DNA of 61,040 nt from an uncultured virus (IMG/VR IMGVR_UViG_3300017917_001941) (taxonomy: Duplodnaviria; Heunggongvirae; Uroviricota; Caudoviricetes). Position numbers and translations under genes: made by a program. Positions 56,763-61,040 of this stretch are shown here, one piece after another. The notes under the pieces were generated by a model. It saw only the letters and a program-made list of their open reading frames with translations, ran no database searches and was not told where the DNA came from. Each line of letters starts with the position of its first letter. Position 1 is the first letter of the stretch. The stretch lies in the IMG/VR virus record IMGVR_UViG_3300017917_001941; one strand, 5' to 3'.

Positions 56763-57644
56763 TTGCTAAGGGAGAAGGTGAGATTGAAAGTTCTAGTTCT
56801 ATCCGGAGGTGGTTCTAAGGGAGCCTACCAGGTTGGAGCCCTTCAAAAGTGGTTGGCTGAGGATGGTATTGAGTATGATGCTTTTTGTGGCATTTCTGTA
56901 GGAAGTCTAAATAGTGCTTTTTTGGCTCAGTTTCCTTCTGGGGACCCGATCGGGTCCTGGGTGAAACTTAAGAGTATTTGGGACAGGGTTAATCAGAGTA
57001 ATGTCAAGAAGAATTGGTTTCCCTTTGGAGTGTTATCCTCTCTTTGGAAGCCCTCCGTCTATAATTCAAAGCCTTTGCAAAAGTGGGTCCGCTCGGAGTT
57101 GGATGCTTCCCTAATCTCTCAATCTGGTAAGCGATTAAGGGTCGTTGCAGTGTCCTTTGATACTGCGAAGTCATATGCTGCCACTGAGCAAGATTCCAAC
57201 ATTGTAGAGTGGGTTATCGCCAGTTCTGCTTTTCCAGTTATGTTACTGCATACTGAAATCTGCAAGCAGCATTGGGTGGACGGGGGCTTGCGGAGTGTGA
57301 CCCCACTTGGAGAGGCTATTCGTCTTGGGGCTGACGAGATTGATATCATTCGGTGCAACAATCCGGACTTGGTTTCGAATTTTGATCAGGACTGTGCGGC
57401 GATCCCGGGTCGATTGGAGCGGTCTTTGGACATTATGCAGGATCAAATCGAGGTTGCTGATCTGAAAATTTGTGGGTACAAAAATGATCTTGCTGAATTG
57501 AGGCCTGAGTACAGAAAGGTGAAGATTCGCCTTCTACAGCCTAGCGCTCTTCTCCCTGGGTCCTCGCTTAGTTTTGATCAAAAGACCATCCAACAGAAGA
57601 TTCAAATCGGATATGACGACGCCTGCAAGCTTGGTTCCGGTTGA
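56763..57644 (+). CDS. Patatin-like phospholipase
   Basis: LVLSGGGSKGAYQVG, GISVG (GxSxG), ASSAFP, WVDGG; true start may be a few codons downstream. Confidence 0.92.
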   Translation: MLREKVRLKVLVLSGGGSKGAYQVGALQKWLAEDGIEYDAFCGISVGSLNSAFLAQFPSGDPIGSWVKLKSIWDRVNQSNVKKNWFPFGVLSSLWKPSVYNSKPLQKWVRSELDASLISQSGKRLRVVAVSFDTAKSYAATEQDSNIVEWVIASSAFPVMLLHTEICKQHWVDGGLRSVTPLGEAIRLGADEIDIIRCNNPDLVSNFDQDCAAIPGRLERSLDIMQDQIEVADLKICGYKNDLAELRPEYRKVKIRLLQPSALLPGSSLSFDQKTIQQKIQIGYDDACKLGSG

Positions 57645-57696
57645 TCTTCTTATGCGCCCTAATCCCATGAACCCTCATTTTTAGGAGCACGCCATA

Positions 57697-58890
57697 ATGC
57701 TGAGGCTCACTCACAATCAGACCATAACGGGGCCGATCCTTATCAACGATATTGATGACGGGCTCCCAAATAAGACGGCGAAGCGTGGTACTGGAGATCC
57801 CAAAAAGTACCATCGAGATGGTAATTCCCTTGGCGGAGAAGACAAAAGCGTCGAACCTGACGTGAACTATCCGAAGCAAAAGTGTTATATCCCCAAAAGA
57901 AAGCTCACTGACACTACGGTGGCAGGGTACATCGACCTTAAGGAAACCGATCGGGTCCTTATGAGCCAGTACAAGGGGGTCATTGCAGGGCTACAGGCTG
58001 GTGGTTTTATCTTAGTTACAAATTTTACGGATGCTGATGTGGCCGCTCCGACGATAACCTCAGCTCAAATCGATAATGTTAGTAATGACTTGAACATTGG
58101 AGGTACAAACTTTACGTCCCTTTCTCCAAATGTTTCGAAAGTCATCATCACTGGAACCGGCGCTGTTACCTTGACCCAGGCGCAGATCGTTGCGGGCGGG
58201 GGGTCATTTTCAGCTACTGCCATCTCTATTCCCGCAAGTTTGGTTCCAAGCATTTCAGATACAAGCTCCTTTGTTCAAGTTCTAGCGGATGATCAGACTA
58301 CTACGGCACGAGCTCTGATTGAAGCTCCCGCTATTACTCGTGTGCAGATAGATGTGCCAACGGCGGGGGATCTAACCCTCACGGGAACGGAATTTACGTC
58401 CATCTCTCCGACGCTTTCTTCGGTTATCATTACGGGTGCTGGTGCTGTAACCCTGACCCAAACGCAGATCACAACAGGTGGTGGAACCGTTTCCAATAAT
58501 TCTATTGTGATTCCTGCGGCTTTGGTTCCAGGCATTGCAGCAACGACCTCGTCGGCACAAGTCCAGGCAGACAGTTTGCTCTCCAATGTTAGTGTTGTAG
58601 TCGAAGCTCCCATCATTACTGGTGCCCAGGTTGGTAATCCAACAGCAGGAGACCTGACTCTTACGGGAACAGCATTCGCATCTCTCGTTCCGACGCTTTC
58701 TTCGGTCATCATTACCGGAGACGGTGCTGTTACTCTGACCGAGACGCAGATCACAACAGGTGGTGGAACCGTCTCCGATACTTCTATTGTGATTCCTGCG
58801 GCTTTGGTTCCAGGCATTGCAGCAACGACCTCGTCGGCACAAGTCCAGGCAGACGGTCTGCTCTCCAATGTGTTTGTGATGACGACCTGA
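57697..58890 (+). CDS. Virion protein with three Ig-like repeats
   Basis: AGGAG RBS; about 115-aa N-domain then three APxIT...LTLTGTxF...VIITGxGAVTLT...IxIPA units. Confidence 0.75.
   Translation: MLRLTHNQTITGPILINDIDDGLPNKTAKRGTGDPKKYHRDGNSLGGEDKSVEPDVNYPKQKCYIPKRKLTDTTVAGYIDLKETDRVLMSQYKGVIAGLQAGGFILVTNFTDADVAAPTITSAQIDNVSNDLNIGGTNFTSLSPNVSKVIITGTGAVTLTQAQIVAGGGSFSATAISIPASLVPSISDTSSFVQVLADDQTTTARALIEAPAITRVQIDVPTAGDLTLTGTEFTSISPTLSSVIITGAGAVTLTQTQITTGGGTVSNNSIVIPAALVPGIAATTSSAQVQADSLLSNVSVVVEAPIITGAQVGNPTAGDLTLTGTAFASLVPTLSSVIITGDGAVTLTETQITTGGGTVSDTSIVIPAALVPGIAATTSSAQVQADGLLSNVFVMTT
58321..58872 (+). repeat. In-frame tandem duplication with 282-nt period
   Basis: Copies begin GAAGCTCCC at 58321 and 58603; 3' halves nearly identical; a more diverged copy starts near 58042. 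Confidence 0.9.
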
Positions 58891-58894
58891 GATC

Positions 58895-59266
58895 ATGAAA
58901 AAGGCGCCTTCTATTCTTGAGCTTCTGTCTGCTGAATCTGGTTCTTTTCAGAGGCTTGATAATACTTGGCGCCCTACTGATCTCTTTTTTGAATTGCAGA
59001 CTCAAGCGTTATTGAGTGATATGGTTCGCCGCTATGAGGCGCTGAAGGCCTTAGAGGGAGAGTTTAATGGACTCGACCGGGCGGACCTGTACCTCAAGCT
59101 TACACGTCGAATGAGTTTCATTATCCGGCGTGCAAAGTTTGTCCGCCGGGCCAATCAGCTTGCGTTCGGCCAGGCGGTTGCGGAGTTTTATACTGCATAT
59201 GGGCAGGTACTCCGTTATCTAAAAATCGACCAAGCGAGGGGCCGTCTACAGCCACAGCCCATTTAG
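58895..59266 (+). CDS. Hypothetical helical protein
   Basis: 123-aa ORF in the operon. Confidence 0.55.
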   Translation: MKKAPSILELLSAESGSFQRLDNTWRPTDLFFELQTQALLSDMVRRYEALKALEGEFNGLDRADLYLKLTRRMSFIIRRAKFVRRANQLAFGQAVAEFYTAYGQVLRYLKIDQARGRLQPQPI

Positions 59267-59281
59267 GTTCAGGAGGACACA

Positions 59282-60040
59282 ATGTTTGTTGCAGTTATTC
59301 GAGGGGATCTATCTAAGCCGGTTTTCATTGCCGACACCGAGCCAAAGTCACAGTCTAACTCTTCGACAGAATCTCCGCTTGGGCAGAATCGCTACATTTC
59401 TCGTCCTGATCCAATAAAGATTCAGTTGTACCTTGATGGTCAGAGTCTTGTCGCAACGGCTTCAGCCCTAATTACGGCTACTGTTCCTGTTGGGGGTCCA
59501 GTTGATATCTCGCCCGCTACAATCAAAGCAGTTGGTAGCCTTTCTGGGGCTAGTAATTCTCAAGTTGCAGCCCTTCAATCCCTACTAGCGGCTAAATTTG
59601 TGGAAACAGATGTAGTAAAGAAGAGTTACCTCTATGGGAATCTTGCAGGCTACAGGTCAGCAAGTTTCAATCCAGACCCTCGTCGAGTTCCAGCGCTCTC
59701 TAACGGTGCGGCAATAGCTCTTGTCCAGGATGACGGCTCGACCCCATTTACCGTAGGAGTCCCGACTATCACTACGGCAGATTTGGACACCCCTACTTCT
59801 GGAGCTCTTCGCATCACTGGTACTAGTTTCGGTGCCTCCGGCCTATATGAGTTGACCGTTATTCTCATTGGGTCCGGGGCCAAGAAGCTAACCCAAGCTT
59901 CTATCTTGGCGGGTGGGGGTACGGTCACAACCACTCAAATTGATATCCCAGCAGCTCTTATACCGGGCGTTTCTACTGGGTACACTTCGGCTAGGGTTCG
60001 CGTCAATGACCTGCTTTCCAATGCGGTAGCACTGACGTGA
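59282..60040 (+). CDS. Virion protein with one Ig-like domain related to those of 57697-58890
   Basis: AGGAGG RBS; C-terminal PTITTA...LRITGTSF...GGGTV...IPAALIPG...LLSN. Confidence 0.7.
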   Translation: MFVAVIRGDLSKPVFIADTEPKSQSNSSTESPLGQNRYISRPDPIKIQLYLDGQSLVATASALITATVPVGGPVDISPATIKAVGSLSGASNSQVAALQSLLAAKFVETDVVKKSYLYGNLAGYRSASFNPDPRRVPALSNGAAIALVQDDGSTPFTVGVPTITTADLDTPTSGALRITGTSFGASGLYELTVILIGSGAKKLTQASILAGGGTVTTTQIDIPAALIPGVSTGYTSARVRVNDLLSNAVALT

Positions 60041-60143
60041 TGTAGTTGGTTCGGCCTTTGGTTTTCGTGGGCCGAGAAGATGTAACACTGAACTCAAATT
60101 ATATTTTTTGGTTTTGATAGACCCAGATTTAGATGAGGCTGAA

Positions 60144-60398
60144 ATGTCTAAGGGAAACGGTGCCAAGGAGTTCCGAACTCCGGACCTGTACTTTGCAGCG
60201 TACTTGCAAACAGCAGGGGTGGAGATGAAGCGAACCGACCGAGAAAATAATCGGGTGTATTTTGTTTTTGACACCTCGATTGCCAATATCGAGGAGCTGA
60301 AAACCGGCTGGTTCAATAATACGAGCAAGGTCCCGGCTCAGCCCTATGCGAACAATGTTAAGAGCCTCAAGTCGGTTTGCCATATGACTGGGTCCTAA
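60144..60398 (+). CDS. Small DUF5659-like protein
   Basis: FRTPDLYFAAYL..AG...VYFVF...KSLK pattern; GAGG before ATG 60144. Confidence 0.6.
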   Translation: MSKGNGAKEFRTPDLYFAAYLQTAGVEMKRTDRENNRVYFVFDTSIANIEELKTGWFNNTSKVPAQPYANNVKSLKSVCHMTGS

Positions 60399-60585
60399 CC
60401 AAAATCGTCGTAAGTCAAAGCCCCTTCTTAGACTTTTCCATAGACTTCATTGAAGAACCAAGTCACTGGTTCTCAGCCTATCATCTGGCATCTCTGAGCA
60501 CCGTTTCATTGATTCAAGTCTGTTAGGGTAGGTGCCATTGATGATACCCCTTTCCTCATATTGTTGCGTCTAACCCGGAGGGGAC

Positions 60586-61040
60586 ATGGAGTTACTGGAT
60601 GCCACACTCTCCGGGGGTTCTTCCATCACTCCGGATTTGACTGCTGGGTTCAAGATTAGTGTTGATCTTGTGGGGGGTTCTTCCCTCTCCTCTGAGTTGG
60701 GAGTGGCCTACGCCACTCTTGACGTTGACTTGGCAGGGGAGTCTTCTTCCTCCCAAGTTCTTAGTGTTTTTCTTAGCATCGAGGGCACCCTATCCGGGAG
60801 TTCAACCTTTGGCGTGCCTCAAATGACCGATGAAATCACGGGCACTCTGGCAGGTGGCTCTACAATGTCTTCCGACATTGTAGTTTTGTTTGCGGGGGAA
60901 TCTGAACTTACTGGAGAGTCCACGACTGACTTTGACGGGATTGTTGACCTTTCGGTTGAAGTCAGTCTGGAAGGGGGGTCTTTCGTAGGTTTAGGATTAC
61001 TTGCGACCTATGCTGTTGGGTCCACCTTGTCCGGGGACTC
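60586..61040 (+). CDS. Beta-repeat fibre-like protein, 3'-truncated (absent from the ORF track)
   Basis: GGAGGGG RBS, ATG 60586, open to the window end: MELLDATLSGGSS...; L-x-G-x-S recurs about every 19-22 aa. Confidence 0.7.
   Translation, partial: MELLDATLSGGSSITPDLTAGFKISVDLVGGSSLSSELGVAYATLDVDLAGESSSSQVLSVFLSIEGTLSGSSTFGVPQMTDEITGTLAGGSTMSSDIVVLFAGESELTGESTTDFDGIVDLSVEVSLEGGSFVGLGLLATYAVGSTLSGD

Larger units (their letters stand above)
1..61040 (+). other. Segment of a large tailed dsDNA bacteriophage genome (replication, head and fibre modules)
   Basis: Terminase, portal, prohead protease, major capsid and fibre genes together with phage-type replication genes; dense co-directional ORFs; no host housekeeping operons. 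Confidence 0.93.

Noticed and set aside
56763..57644. CBASS operon
   Set aside because: No CD-NTase or other CBASS gene recognised next to the patatin
58321..58872. Duplicated Ig units as a DGR template/variable pair
   Set aside because: Both copies are coding and adjacent, differences are not adenine-specific, and no reverse transcriptase is in the window
1..61040. Stop-codon reassignment
   Set aside because: Conserved genes are full length in the standard code, and TAA, TAG and TGA all end genes at sensible boundaries
1..61040. Integrated prophage or host chromosome
   Set aside because: No integrase, att-like boundary or host genes in the window; recA, dnaX, nusG and HU homologs are embedded in phage operons. 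Lifestyle cannot be determined from this segment

Overview
A 61-kb internal segment of a large tailed dsDNA phage (Caudoviricetes, probably jumbo-class), with essentially all genes on the + strand in the standard code. 1-18.2 kb is a replication/recombination/transcription module: RecD2-like helicase (5'-truncated), putative SSB, RuvC-like resolvase, RecA with an intein, SbcC/Rad50 split into two non-adjacent genes around SbcD, an Fe-S PD-(D/E)xK nuclease and a beta-clamp-like gene, then primase, DnaX-like clamp loader, a NusG/5'-3' exonuclease fusion and a tandem sigma-region-4 protein. A decayed HNH gene separates this from the head module (18.7-48 kb): terminase, a type IB topoisomerase, three tandem paralogs, an intein-containing portal, protease, Q-rich scaffold, decoration protein, a 290-aa major capsid protein, a LAGLIDADG/DNA-methyltransferase fusion with its own sigma70-type promoter, and HU. 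48.5-61 kb holds fibre/Ig-domain structural genes and a patatin-like phospholipase. Best leads: (1) a recurring K/R-x-A motif plus an LRVAAR[FY] leader suggesting a head-processing/packaging code that may load Topo IB into the virion; (2) the self-contained LAGLIDADG-MTase unit; (3) the NusG-exonuclease fusion whose linker resembles the arm repeats of the split SbcC; (4) a candidate late-promoter motif with nested in-frame starts. All calls come from motif recognition by eye; no searches were run. No tRNA, rRNA, CRISPR array or integrase was seen.
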